A stretch of DNA of 64,000 bases. Source: a virus. The stretch lies in IMG/VR virus record IMGVR_UViG_3300028920_000032, positions 32,001 to 96,000 of that record; one strand, written 5' to 3'. The notes under the pieces are model-generated. The model had not been told where the DNA came from, ran no database searches, and saw only the letters and a program-made list of their open reading frames with translations. Below are positions 9,983-20,249 of this stretch, piece after piece. Position numbers and translations under genes: made by a program. Each line of letters begins with the position of its first letter. The first letter of the stretch is position 1.

Positions 9983-12520
9983 TTATTGTGGTGCCCATAA
10001 TAATACTTCATTATCTGTAACCGCTGGACCGATTTCAATAAGAGAAACTGAAATTACAATATTAGAATAATGTCTTTCATTTGCACCTATTATCCCACCC
10101 TTGTATTCAAAGCTAACGTTTTCACATAGCCACAATGATCTCATAGAATGAAATTTATAACCACCACTACTTAGTGAAAACCAATTTGTTCTGAATGTTG
10201 GATGTGATTCATTCAATTGACTATTATTTGAATCTTCAATCATTCCCGTAGAAGATCCTGTAGTATTCTCTAATCCTCCATACCAAACTTGTACAATTGG
10301 CGTCCCAAGTTTATATTTTGGATCTGACATGTTTGGTAATACCAAATTGCGAAAATTTCTTATTAGATAATTATAAATATATTCTTCAGTCCAATTTTTC
10401 ATTCCCATTGAGCTTATTGAATTACCAGATTCACCTAAATGATTATTGCCTGTTACTAGATATTCTAATTCTAAACCAATCTTTCTTTCATTACTATATT
10501 TATATACTTGAGCGGGAGTACTTCTTGCTAATGTAGAAATAGCAGAATAAGAAGCACCTTTGCTTTCTCCACTTATTTTAGGCTCAAACTGAAACGGTAA
10601 ATAGCAAATCTCATTTTGAGATGTTTGAAATTTCATACTTCTTTTAGTATATATTTTTAAATATCCAACATTTTCTGGATGATTAGATATACTTAAGTAA
10701 CTTCTATTTGAGTGATAATCACTTCTTTGATTTTCTCTATTTTTTTCTAAATCTGTTGTTTCTATTTTATTAGAATCTCTTTTATAATAATCAGATCTTC
10801 TATTTGATTCTGCTGTATTTAAAGCATCAGCAAGTTGAGCATTGGGTCTATCTGCTTCAAACGAATTGAAATCTTCTTTATTATACTGAGAGAAGTCTTT
10901 GTATGTTTCAACCATAGATAATTTATTTTGTAATTGTGCTCCGATATATTTTGTGGCAAATTCTTTTGCATATCTAAATGATTTAGCCGCTGAAAATAAA
11001 ATATCAACTATGGCACTTACAAGTGGCACATTTGGAGTATCGCCAATTACTCGTGAAATTATATTTGATGGTTTTACCTGAGTGACTATATTTTTTTCTG
11101 TTTTATTTATTTCTATGCCAACATCAATTTGATCTTTATTTACTTTTTCAGAAGGATTGTCTGATATTTGTATGATAGAAGAAGCTTCTTCAGGATCAGC
11201 AGTATTTATTTCGCCAGGCTCTTTAAAAACAGTTGGATTTAAAACTCCTGTTGATTTTGAGCTTTTGTCAATATCTGTATTGATGCTTGATCTAGTCTTT
11301 TCAGTCTTTTCGTCTGGTGAATCTAATTCGTTTATAAATTTCTCAACTACATCTTCAGCTGATTCAATATTATTAATATTCTTTTCATTTTTGTTTGCTG
11401 TTTCTTCTAAATTATTTATTAATTTAGAAGACTCTTGATCAGTTATGTCTAATTCTATTTGTTGCTTTGTTTCTTCAATTGCTGCTGTAGTAATTTCGTT
11501 TGGTGTTTTTTCATCACCTTTATCAGCAAGACTTATATTATTAACTAATTTATCATCTGTGTCTACTGAATCAATATTATTTCGTTCTTTTTCAGATTTA
11601 TTCAATTGGTTTTCTAAGACTTTGTTTTCATCTACATTTTTTCTGTTAATTAGTGAAGTATCATAACTATCGATTTTTGAAGCTTCATCATCCTTTAATT
11701 TTTTATTTACAATTGAAGATTCAATGTGTTCATTAATACTATCACTAGATTTATTAATGAAATCAGGAAATTCCCCTATTCCATAAACTCTTTTATCTGT
11801 TTTATCTTCAGATTCAGGGACGCTGCTTATATTCTTCTCATCTTTCTCAACTAATGTATCAACTGCTTGTTCACTCTTTCTTGTAGTAATATTTAGTTCT
11901 GCGATAGTTTGTGATTCTTTTTCATCTATAATAGTAGACGGTATAGATTCTATGTTTTTCTTTTGACTTAATGGTGTAATATCAATTTCTTGAGTACCTT
12001 TTTCTACTCTATCAGGGAAAATAAAATAATAATATTCTTTTAGTTGTTTTGCTAATAAAGAGAAAATAATATCAGTCATTATTTTTCTTGATGCGTCATT
12101 TGGCATATCAATTTGGTCGGATATTTTTTCTGTCCCTTTAATAACACTAATTGAATCATTAAGTAATTTAATTGTTTTGTCTAAGTTTTGATTACTTATT
12201 TCATTTATTTTTTTTCTGCTTATGTCTCCATAGTCTTGTGTTCTACTTGGAGTCTGTATGTTTAAAGATTCACCAGCTGCACTTGCTATAATACTACTAG
12301 CTTTTTCAATTTTATTAGACACATCATTGAATAAATATACAGAAGTTGTTTTATCAGCTTTACGTAAAGTATATAAAAGATTGCGTATTTCTGTTAAAGT
12401 TTTTATATTTGCTTGTTGTGGTGTGATAACAGCATCTGCAATTTTTTCTAATAAATTGTTTACAGTTGAGTTTACATCAATTATTTCTTTTGATTTAGTT
12501 GGTTCTTTTTTAATATCCAT
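9983..12520 (-). CDS. Protein with long acidic low-complexity N-terminus and C-terminal tube-initiator-like (gp48/gp54/CIS tube) domain
   Basis: C-terminal LPFQFEPKISGESKGASYSAISTLARSTPAQVYKYSNERKIGLELEY; between tape measure and LysM genes. Confidence 0.55.
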   Translation of the reverse strand: MDIKKEPTKSKEIIDVNSTVNNLLEKIADAVITPQQANIKTLTEIRNLLYTLRKADKTTSVYLFNDVSNKIEKASSIIASAAGESLNIQTPSRTQDYGDISRKKINEISNQNLDKTIKLLNDSISVIKGTEKISDQIDMPNDASRKIMTDIIFSLLAKQLKEYYYFIFPDRVEKGTQEIDITPLSQKKNIESIPSTIIDEKESQTIAELNITTRKSEQAVDTLVEKDEKNISSVPESEDKTDKRVYGIGEFPDFINKSSDSINEHIESSIVNKKLKDDEASKIDSYDTSLINRKNVDENKVLENQLNKSEKERNNIDSVDTDDKLVNNISLADKGDEKTPNEITTAAIEETKQQIELDITDQESSKLINNLEETANKNEKNINNIESAEDVVEKFINELDSPDEKTEKTRSSINTDIDKSSKSTGVLNPTVFKEPGEINTADPEEASSIIQISDNPSEKVNKDQIDVGIEINKTEKNIVTQVKPSNIISRVIGDTPNVPLVSAIVDILFSAAKSFRYAKEFATKYIGAQLQNKLSMVETYKDFSQYNKEDFNSFEADRPNAQLADALNTAESNRRSDYYKRDSNKIETTDLEKNRENQRSDYHSNRSYLSISNHPENVGYLKIYTKRSMKFQTSQNEICYLPFQFEPKISGESKGASYSAISTLARSTPAQVYKYSNERKIGLELEYLVTGNNHLGESGNSISSMGMKNWTEEYIYNYLIRNFRNLVLPNMSDPKYKLGTPIVQVWYGGLENTTGSSTGMIEDSNNSQLNESHPTFRTNWFSLSSGGYKFHSMRSLWLCENVSFEYKGGIIGANERHYSNIVISVSLIEIGPAVTDNEVLLWAPQ

Positions 12521-12534
12521 TTAATATACCTCAA

Positions 12535-15500
12535 CTATTTTTGTTTAACAAGAATTCCATTTCCAAGTGCAAGGTTTTTAATATTCTTTATGTATGACTC
12601 AGTTCTTGAAGATGCAGATTCTATAACTTGTAAATGCCCTTCTAATGCACTTAATTTATTCATTAATCTGTCTACTTCTTTTGCAAATGATTCTTGAATT
12701 GCAACATTTAATGATCTAGCTATAGACAGCTCTTCTTTTTTTTCTCCAAGTTCAGCATTGAATTCACTTTTTTTGCTTATAAGTCTAATAGGTTTAGCAT
12801 CTTCCATTTGTTTCATGAGTTTTGAAAATTGTTTAGCTGCACTACTTGCTTCACCATTAAATCCAACTAATACGGAAGTAATTGCAGCCATATCAACTGC
12901 AAGTTCAGAAAGTCTTGGAATAGTACTTGGTAATCTAGATAGTGATGTAAATAGTTGTGATAATCCTTGTCCAGCTTTTTGTATTGCACTACCTTTATAC
13001 ATACTCTTCATTATGATTAACAATGGTTCTTTGATATCATTAAGATTTTTTGCAACTGTTATTAAATCTGTTTTCCCGAGAATATATAATCCTATTGCTA
13101 ATTCACTGAAGCCTTGGCCCAAAGCAACTAATATTTTAGGATCCATTGAATACATACCCTCTTGTGCTTTAAGCATTTCAGATAAGAATTTTCCAATACC
13201 CTCAGCTGATTTTGACATAGTTCCGCTTAAACTTTCTAGTTGGTCAGCAGATTGTTGCAATACATATATACCAATTGCTAAAGCTTGAAATCCTTCACCC
13301 GTTCTTTGAATATTTTCAAACCAGCCTGTATGTGCTTTTAATGCTTCTAATAGTCCACTTACAAAATTAACAATTGGAATAAATCTTGAACCAGAAAAAG
13401 ACTCAATCATTCTAGTAAGATCTTCACTTGCTAATGTTTTTATACCTTCTGCTAATGCTTTAAACCCTTCTCCTGCATTTTTCATATTACCAATAAATGG
13501 CCCAACACTTATTGCTTCAATAGCTTTTTTAAGACCATCAAAACTAGCAGAGATTGCAGATGTTCTTTGAACTTCACTAAGAGTTTTTACAGCTTCTGAC
13601 AATATATAAAAACCTATTGCTAGATCTGTTAAATTTTGAGAAAACAATTTGAATTTACTTTTGTCTTTTACTGCACTTAACATTTCATTAATTGCTTCTC
13701 CAAATTCTTGAAGTGGTTTAATTAGTCCCACAAATTTAGTTTTTATTGTATCAGCAATTTCAGCAAAGAAAGCTAATCCTTTCCCCATTTCCATTATGTT
13801 GTCTGCTATTAACATAAATCCTAAACCAATTGCCGCTATTGCAATTCCTAAAACCAATAAAACACCTGCCATTGCTGCCATTCCTGCTAGTGCAATTGCA
13901 CCTACTGGTGTCATAAAGAAATAGCCTAATGCAACTAATCCTGCAACAAATATTGCAAGTATTGCAGCTGCTATTAATATTTGTTGCCATGGTTGTGAAG
14001 CTAAAAATCCAATACCAGTTGCAATTAAAAATATAGCAGCTCCTACTGCTAACATTACTAAAGCAGCACCAGCCATTTGTAGAAACATTTTTAAACCTGC
14101 GCCTACAGATTGAGTAAATGTTCCCATACCAGCAGCTGCTCCTCCGGCTACATTTCCCACGTTTGCAATTTTACTTGCTAAATTTCCAAGAAATCCAAGA
14201 ATTGGAGGTCCCAATTTCCATACAACTAAGAAAGCAATTATATATGGCACTGCTTTTTGTAAGAAGCTTATAACATTGCCAATTCCTTCACCTACGCTTT
14301 TGAAAAAATTGATTATCTTTTCTGGAGTCAAATTTCTAAAAAATTCCTGAAAACCTCTTGTTGCATTATCAAAAAATGCATCTATTGAATCAGCATTCTT
14401 TAGCCACCATTCGTTTAGCATTTCTAATATATCTGTTATAAATCCAATTATACCAGCAAGACGTTTCCCAAAGAATGCTCCTATCGTATTCATTAGTCTT
14501 TCTAGAGATCCTGACATAGTGGCCATACCTTCAGCAGCCTGCTTTTCAAAAGCTGCTTCACCACTGTCAATCTTTGCAAGCTGTTCACGTCCTTTTTTTG
14601 CTAATCTTAATGCTTCTTGCGCATTATTAAATCCCATCTGTTGAGCTCTAACATTTGCTGCGACGATATTTCCACCTTGTTCAAGAATTCTATTTATTTC
14701 ATCAGCGGCAGTAATCAACCCCTCTGTTAATTTTCGTAGATCAACAGGACCTCCACGTAACATGTCAAGATATTCATGCATATTCATTCCCATCTTCGCG
14801 ACTAATAATGCATTTTCTCCGATTCGTGATGCATCAAATAATTTTTCCATTATTTCATTAGCTCTTCCAGCTGTAAGTCCTAATGCTCCAAACATACCTG
14901 TTAATTTTGCAGTAGCCTCTGTCATGGCTACTATGTCTTGTTCGGCTGCGCCGAATGCTGACATTAGAAGAGTTAATTTACTGACTGTACCAATCATTGC
15001 ACTCATTTCTTGTTCAGTTAATCCAACTGCATCTTGGACTTTAGAAAATGTTCTTAATATACCGCCTGCTCCAACAATTAGTTCTTTACTAACTCCTCCC
15101 ATAACTCTTAGTCTAGCTATCATATCTGTTAATTGTTCTTGGTTGGCACCTAATGCTTTAGCTCCTAAGATTGCATATTTACTCAATTGCTTTAAATCAT
15201 CAAATGGTACTCTCTGTTGAGCTAAAGAAATATATTGGTCTTTTACTGTTTTAATACTTGCAGTAGTTTCAAATGCGACTTCATTTATATCAGACAATGC
15301 TTTAGCCACACGAGTGCCCATACTTTCTGCTTTACCCTCAGCACTTGCAAAACTGCTACTCATCATAGAAAACATGCGCACTAAATCTTTCTGCACGTCA
15401 AACACCATTTCTTTTATGTTCTTCCAGATAGATGCAAATATACCTATTATAGGTATAGCAGCTGCACCAAAAGCATCTTTCATTCTTGCAGCAGTCGTTT

Positions 15501-15723
15501 CAACTATGTTTCGTATACTTTCTATAGGTCTAGTCCAGTCCATTTCTTTTATAGCTTGTTGTATACTTTTTATCTGGTTGATAGCAGCATCGGCACCAGC
15601 TATGGCACCTTTCTCAAATGATTCTCTAATGCCTTTATCAATGCCTTTGGAAGCTTGCTTTAAAGCAGTAGGAGCAAGTTTTTCGAATTGTAATTTTATA
15701 TTTAAAATATGTTCACTAGCCAT
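12535..15723 (-). CDS. Tail tape measure protein
   Basis: 1062 aa, Ala/Gly-rich helical repeats with central hydrophobic segments; tail module context. Confidence 0.8.
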   Translation of the reverse strand: MASEHILNIKLQFEKLAPTALKQASKGIDKGIRESFEKGAIAGADAAINQIKSIQQAIKEMDWTRPIESIRNIVETTAARMKDAFGAAAIPIIGIFASIWKNIKEMVFDVQKDLVRMFSMMSSSFASAEGKAESMGTRVAKALSDINEVAFETTASIKTVKDQYISLAQQRVPFDDLKQLSKYAILGAKALGANQEQLTDMIARLRVMGGVSKELIVGAGGILRTFSKVQDAVGLTEQEMSAMIGTVSKLTLLMSAFGAAEQDIVAMTEATAKLTGMFGALGLTAGRANEIMEKLFDASRIGENALLVAKMGMNMHEYLDMLRGGPVDLRKLTEGLITAADEINRILEQGGNIVAANVRAQQMGFNNAQEALRLAKKGREQLAKIDSGEAAFEKQAAEGMATMSGSLERLMNTIGAFFGKRLAGIIGFITDILEMLNEWWLKNADSIDAFFDNATRGFQEFFRNLTPEKIINFFKSVGEGIGNVISFLQKAVPYIIAFLVVWKLGPPILGFLGNLASKIANVGNVAGGAAAGMGTFTQSVGAGLKMFLQMAGAALVMLAVGAAIFLIATGIGFLASQPWQQILIAAAILAIFVAGLVALGYFFMTPVGAIALAGMAAMAGVLLVLGIAIAAIGLGFMLIADNIMEMGKGLAFFAEIADTIKTKFVGLIKPLQEFGEAINEMLSAVKDKSKFKLFSQNLTDLAIGFYILSEAVKTLSEVQRTSAISASFDGLKKAIEAISVGPFIGNMKNAGEGFKALAEGIKTLASEDLTRMIESFSGSRFIPIVNFVSGLLEALKAHTGWFENIQRTGEGFQALAIGIYVLQQSADQLESLSGTMSKSAEGIGKFLSEMLKAQEGMYSMDPKILVALGQGFSELAIGLYILGKTDLITVAKNLNDIKEPLLIIMKSMYKGSAIQKAGQGLSQLFTSLSRLPSTIPRLSELAVDMAAITSVLVGFNGEASSAAKQFSKLMKQMEDAKPIRLISKKSEFNAELGEKKEELSIARSLNVAIQESFAKEVDRLMNKLSALEGHLQVIESASSRTESYIKNIKNLALGNGILVKQK

Positions 15724-15726
15724 AGT

Positions 15727-17679
15727 TTACCAAGCTTTAATTAATTTTAACGATGTTGTATATTCACCATCTGATATATTGTGACTACAACCTTTTATAC
15801 ATAGATAGTTGCCAGTAATTATATTACTTATTGCATTCTGATTATTTGGCAAAGGTCGATGTATAGTTATCTTAAAATAAGAGTTATATAAATTCACTAA
15901 ATAATCTTGATTTCTGAAATTATTTTGTCCATGAACATTCCATATTGAATTATCTAACCATGGATCTCCTGAAATACTAATACTTACATCAAATATTTCT
16001 TTAGCAAATTTATTCCATACATTTATAACTAATCTTCTACCATCATTTTCTATATCAACTTCATTCCCACCTCTAGAATCATAATTAAATTCTACCTCAT
16101 ATCCTCCGCTAATTCCATCTACATTTTTAACATAATTACCAGCACTTTCTGTTGGTAATGCATCTAAAGCTGTGTTTAAATCAGAGTATTTGGCGGTTAG
16201 TTTATTAGTTTTTGTGTTTTCTCCTTTTACACTGGGATCTGGAGTAGTACCCATACTCCATTTGAGTAGCTCAGAGCTGCTCAAATTTTCTTGGGCCTTT
16301 TTAGCTTCACTTGCTGCATCACCTGTGGACATGTAATATATACTTTTCTTTTCATCATCTGTAGTTTTTTCAAATTCAGTAGCTGTCGATATTACTTTTA
16401 GTTTACCTTCATTAGTAATTGTTATGGCATAAATTTGTGGCAGCCCAAACATATAATATCCTTTTGAAGACCATTCATATGATAAACTATTTATCATAGT
16501 TTGACCTTTAGCTATTTCTTCTTTATTTCCAGGACGATATATAAATGTTCTAGCTAGCCTAAATTTATCTTGAGCTTCTTTATCATCTATAGGTTTTGTT
16601 GGTGGCACTGGCTGCCAACCAAATACCATCCCTGGTTCTTTTGGATATACTCCGTCTCTACCCTCTAATCTAACACCAGCAATCATTACTGCTCTATATC
16701 CTTCTAATTCTAACATGCTAAGAAGTTTTTCTACAACTGATCTAATACCTTCTTTTGCTCCTATAACATATTTATCTTTTGTTTCTTGGTTTATAGGTCC
16801 ACCAATTTTAGTTCCTTCAATTGTTTCATCCCATGTTACTTTTAAATCTTCATTATTATTGTTTTTTGCCCACCATTTTCTTAATACAGTTCTTAACATA
16901 TACCATGGTGTTCTATTATAGAATACATTTTCAATTTCAATATCTGGCTCTGTAGTTGTGCTTTCATTGCTTGAAGCATCTTCAACATAAAAGCCTTTTT
17001 CTCCTAATGTGGTACCGACTGCAGTACCAGCTTTTAAGTCATCATAAAATGGATCTCCAGGTTTTTGACCAAACAATTTTTTTAGTGTTTCATCTAACAC
17101 ATCTTGTTTGGTTATAGTTTTTAATCCGCCTGACGATTGGTTTGCAGGCGGTGTATCTCTTAAATTTAAATTTCCAATTGATGGATCTGGTTCATTATGA
17201 CGACCATTGAATAAGCCTTCTCCTAAATCAATTAGTTCAAATGTAACTTTCAATTCTACTTCATCTAAATCATATCTTAGATCTTTTAATAAATAAGCAT
17301 GTATTCCAGAGTGTTTACCTTGCCCCTTTCCTCCATCGTGAAAATCCACTTGACGTCCATAATATGTCCATCCCCAAAATACTCTACAAAACCAATAACC
17401 ATTTGTTTTTGAAGTTCTATTGGCAATTACTTGAGCTTTAGCAAAGAAAGCTTCTAAATTTACAAAATCTGGATCTACTAAAGTAATTGAAGCTGTTGAA
17501 GATCCGGCATCACTTAATACTTCAAAATTTGCATTTCCAACATAAATTCTATTAGTTGGATTTGGGAAAGTATGTATATATGTAGACCCTCTAAATTGTA
17601 TAGATATAAATGGAGTCATTGGAGAACCAATGTTCTGCCAATCTAGAGTTTTATAAGGCCCAGTTGGTTTATTTGGCAT
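15727..17679 (-). CDS. Baseplate hub, gp27/late-control-D-like
   Basis: C-terminal ISISGDPWL...ITGNYLCIKGCSHNISDGEYTTSLKLIK. Confidence 0.65.
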   Translation of the reverse strand: MPNKPTGPYKTLDWQNIGSPMTPFISIQFRGSTYIHTFPNPTNRIYVGNANFEVLSDAGSSTASITLVDPDFVNLEAFFAKAQVIANRTSKTNGYWFCRVFWGWTYYGRQVDFHDGGKGQGKHSGIHAYLLKDLRYDLDEVELKVTFELIDLGEGLFNGRHNEPDPSIGNLNLRDTPPANQSSGGLKTITKQDVLDETLKKLFGQKPGDPFYDDLKAGTAVGTTLGEKGFYVEDASSNESTTTEPDIEIENVFYNRTPWYMLRTVLRKWWAKNNNNEDLKVTWDETIEGTKIGGPINQETKDKYVIGAKEGIRSVVEKLLSMLELEGYRAVMIAGVRLEGRDGVYPKEPGMVFGWQPVPPTKPIDDKEAQDKFRLARTFIYRPGNKEEIAKGQTMINSLSYEWSSKGYYMFGLPQIYAITITNEGKLKVISTATEFEKTTDDEKKSIYYMSTGDAASEAKKAQENLSSSELLKWSMGTTPDPSVKGENTKTNKLTAKYSDLNTALDALPTESAGNYVKNVDGISGGYEVEFNYDSRGGNEVDIENDGRRLVINVWNKFAKEIFDVSISISGDPWLDNSIWNVHGQNNFRNQDYLVNLYNSYFKITIHRPLPNNQNAISNIITGNYLCIKGCSHNISDGEYTTSLKLIKAW

Positions 17680-18046
17680 TAAATATTTCCTTTATCAATT
17701 TATAAAAATCCTTATGCTCAATTGGTATACCATTTTTGTTTATATGAAATTCTACTTTGTTAATTCTAACACAAGCTCTTCCTACTTCGAAATCAAAAAC
17801 ATCATCATAAATTATAGGCGTTGTAACGTTGCCATTTAGATCAACATGACCCCACTTGTTGCCTTTTATAACCCAAGCTCTGCCTTCATTGAAAAATCCA
17901 ACACCATCATAAATTATAGGCGTTGTTACTTTACCATTTAGATCAACATGACCATATTTATTGTTTTTTAAAACTCGAGCCCTGTTTTCTGAGAAGTTGG
18001 CAATACCGTCTAAATCTAACTTTTTCTTTATTTGTTCACTAGTCAT
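17669..18046 (-). CDS. WG repeat protein, paralog C
   Basis: Same repeats and caps as paralogs A/B. Confidence 0.9.
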   Translation of the reverse strand: MTSEQIKKKLDLDGIANFSENRARVLKNNKYGHVDLNGKVTTPIIYDGVGFFNEGRAWVIKGNKWGHVDLNGNVTTPIIYDDVFDFEVGRACVRINKVEFHINKNGIPIEHKDFYKLIKEIFNAK

Positions 18047-18413
18047 TAAATATCTCTTTTATCAACTTATAATAATCTTTATGTTCAATGGGATAACCAT
18101 TTATATTTATATCAAATCCAAAATTTTTGATTTCAACCCAAGCCCTACCTTCATGGAAATTGCCAATATTATCATAAATTATAGGCGTTGTTACTTTACC
18201 ATTTAGGTCAACATGACCCTCTTTGCCATTTTTCTCAACATAAGCTCTGCCTTCATAGAAATTGCCGGCATCATCATAAATTATTGGTGTTGTTACTTTA
18301 CCATTTAGATCAACATGACCATACTTATTGTTTTTTAAAACTCGAGCCCTGTTTTCTGAGAAGTTTGCAATCCTGTCTAAATTTAACTTTTTCTTTATTT
18401 GTTCACTAGTCAT
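18039..18413 (-). CDS. WG repeat protein, paralog D (start revised to MTSEQ)
   Basis: Same repeats and caps; ATG at 18413 matches the paralog N-termini. Confidence 0.88.
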   Translation of the reverse strand: MTSEQIKKKLNLDRIANFSENRARVLKNNKYGHVDLNGKVTTPIIYDDAGNFYEGRAYVEKNGKEGHVDLNGKVTTPIIYDNIGNFHEGRAWVEIKNFGFDININGYPIEHKDYYKLIKEIFND

Positions 18414-18426
18414 ATGAATATACCAA

Positions 18427-19218
18427 TTATTTAGCAAGATCCCAATCATTACTAATTATATATTTAATAATACTATGATATCTTTGATGTTTGTTTCTTC
18501 CTTCAACAATATGTCCAGTAAGAGTATCAAATTTAATTTCTACATACAGATTATTAAATCTTTCATATCTCGAAAATTTTATTTTATCATCTCTTGTATA
18601 AACACATTCGTTAAAAAAATTAGTCTCAATAATCACTTTACCTTTTTTATCAATTAAGCCATAAAAACGTTGCCAATGTGCATATGCATGTCCTAATTCT
18701 TTAGTGATAACTGCAGTACCATTATAAAATTCTCCAATTTCGTCAAATTGTAAAGGTATTACTAATTTACCATTAAGATTGACACATCCTGTCTTACCAT
18801 CTTTTTTTACCTGTGCCAACCCTTCTTTAAATTCAGATGCAACTGAATCATAAATAAGAGGAGTAGTTACTTTACCATTTCTATCTACATGGCCTTCTTT
18901 TCCATCCTTCTCAACCCTTGCTCTGTCATACGAATAGAATTCACCAACATCATCATAAATTATAGGTGTAATTATTTCTTTAGTTTTTTTAATACAATGT
19001 CCATATTTCTTACCTTTTTGGACTATAGCTATACCATTTTTAGATCTGCCAATACTATCACCTTCACCTTCTATTTTCTTTATTAATTCTTTTTTACTAA
19101 TAGGATCAACTTGTTTCCATTTACGACTCTTACCGGGATTTCTGTTAGGACTCTTAGCTTCATTAATATATAAAATTTCACTTAAATTTAGTTTTTTCTT
19201 TATTTGTTCTCTATTCAT
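18427..19218 (-). CDS. Divergent WG repeat protein, paralog E
   Basis: MNREQIKKKLNL cap plus TPIIYDDVGEF, FKEGLAQVKKDGKTGCVNLNGKLVIP repeats. Confidence 0.85.
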   Translation of the reverse strand: MNREQIKKKLNLSEILYINEAKSPNRNPGKSRKWKQVDPISKKELIKKIEGEGDSIGRSKNGIAIVQKGKKYGHCIKKTKEIITPIIYDDVGEFYSYDRARVEKDGKEGHVDRNGKVTTPLIYDSVASEFKEGLAQVKKDGKTGCVNLNGKLVIPLQFDEIGEFYNGTAVITKELGHAYAHWQRFYGLIDKKGKVIIETNFFNECVYTRDDKIKFSRYERFNNLYVEIKFDTLTGHIVEGRNKHQRYHSIIKYIISNDWDLAK

Positions 19219-19587
19219 TTAAAATATACTCCTTATCAATTTATAAAAATTTTCATGTTTTAATGGATAGCCATCTTTATTTATATAAAATTCAAAATTA
19301 TTTATTTTAGCCCAAGCTCTACCCTTATAGAAATGTTCAACATCATCATAAATTATAGGTACTACTACTTTACCATTTAGATCAACATGACCCTCTTTTC
19401 CATTTTTCCTAACCCAAGCTCTGCCTTCCTGGAAAGAGCCAACAACACCATAAACTATTGGTGTTGTTACTTTGCCATTTTTATCAACATGACCCATTTT
19501 ATCATTTTTCTGGATCCAAGCTCTGCCTTCATAGAAATTGCCAATACCGTCTAAATTTAACTTTTTCTTTATTTGTTCTTTGGTCAT
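19219..19587 (-). CDS. WG repeat protein, paralog F
   Basis: Same repeats and caps. Confidence 0.9.
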   Translation of the reverse strand: MTKEQIKKKLNLDGIGNFYEGRAWIQKNDKMGHVDKNGKVTTPIVYGVVGSFQEGRAWVRKNGKEGHVDLNGKVVVPIIYDDVEHFYKGRAWAKINNFEFYINKDGYPLKHENFYKLIRSIF

Positions 19588-20208
19588 TTATTCACCCATT
19601 TTTCGTCTAATAGTAATTTGATCGGCTCTATTAGTTGCTTCATTCATTTCATTAGTTAATCTGTCTGATTCGGCTTGAGAAAGAGTAACTTTGTTAATTA
19701 CTCTTGGTCTTATTAATTTATTTAATGCATGTACAAATGGTTCACCAATAAATAATGCTTTACCAGGTAGAGGAATTTGGCTTACACCATCTGAAACTAA
19801 TTTCCCATTCAAAAATTTAGTAAAATATTTTCTATATGAAACTTTGGGTATACCTGGTGCTCTCATCTTTAAAAACTGATACATTATCATGCCTGTCAAT
19901 GGTTTATTTGATTTTCTCATATTAATAATCATTCTCATCATAGTATGTTGAAATGCGCCCAAGTAATGAATATTCAGTGCATGAGTATAAAATGCATCAC
20001 TTGACAAGATAAATACAAGAGGTTTTGGATCATGTTTCCAGTTTCTATATATAGTTTTGTAAATCCTGCCAGGAGCAAACGGAATAGAAAATTCTGGAGC
20101 AGGCTGCATTGCATTTGCTTTAGCTTGTTGATGTGTCATTTTTCTAACTATTGGTATACCAGGAATTTTGCGTATGCGATTAATTATGGCTTGATACAAA
20201 CTGTTCAT
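19588..20208 (-). CDS. DNA end protector protein, T4 gp2-like (start revised to MNSLY)
   Basis: PGRIYKTIY...DPKPLVFIL...HALNIHYL...YRKY motifs; AAGATAA motif just upstream of the ATG at 20208. Confidence 0.65.
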   Translation of the reverse strand: MNSLYQAIINRIRKIPGIPIVRKMTHQQAKANAMQPAPEFSIPFAPGRIYKTIYRNWKHDPKPLVFILSSDAFYTHALNIHYLGAFQHTMMRMIINMRKSNKPLTGMIMYQFLKMRAPGIPKVSYRKYFTKFLNGKLVSDGVSQIPLPGKALFIGEPFVHALNKLIRPRVINKVTLSQAESDRLTNEMNEATNRADQITIRRKMGE

Positions 20209-20249
20209 AGTATTATCTTTATTGCATATATAATTATTGGGAGGTTTTT

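Noticed and set aside
10297-15784. Plus-strand ORFs such as 11157-11438, 12758-13288, 14762-15220 and 15314-15784
   Set aside because: Antisense shadows of long minus-strand genes with no SD or recognisable motif; the same applies to most short plus-strand ORFs in the track.
2340-19587. A complete diversity-generating retroelement
   Set aside because: No reverse transcriptase, Avd or non-coding template repeat is visible in the window, and some variable codons need more than A-to-N from one obvious template. Kept only as a hypothesis.
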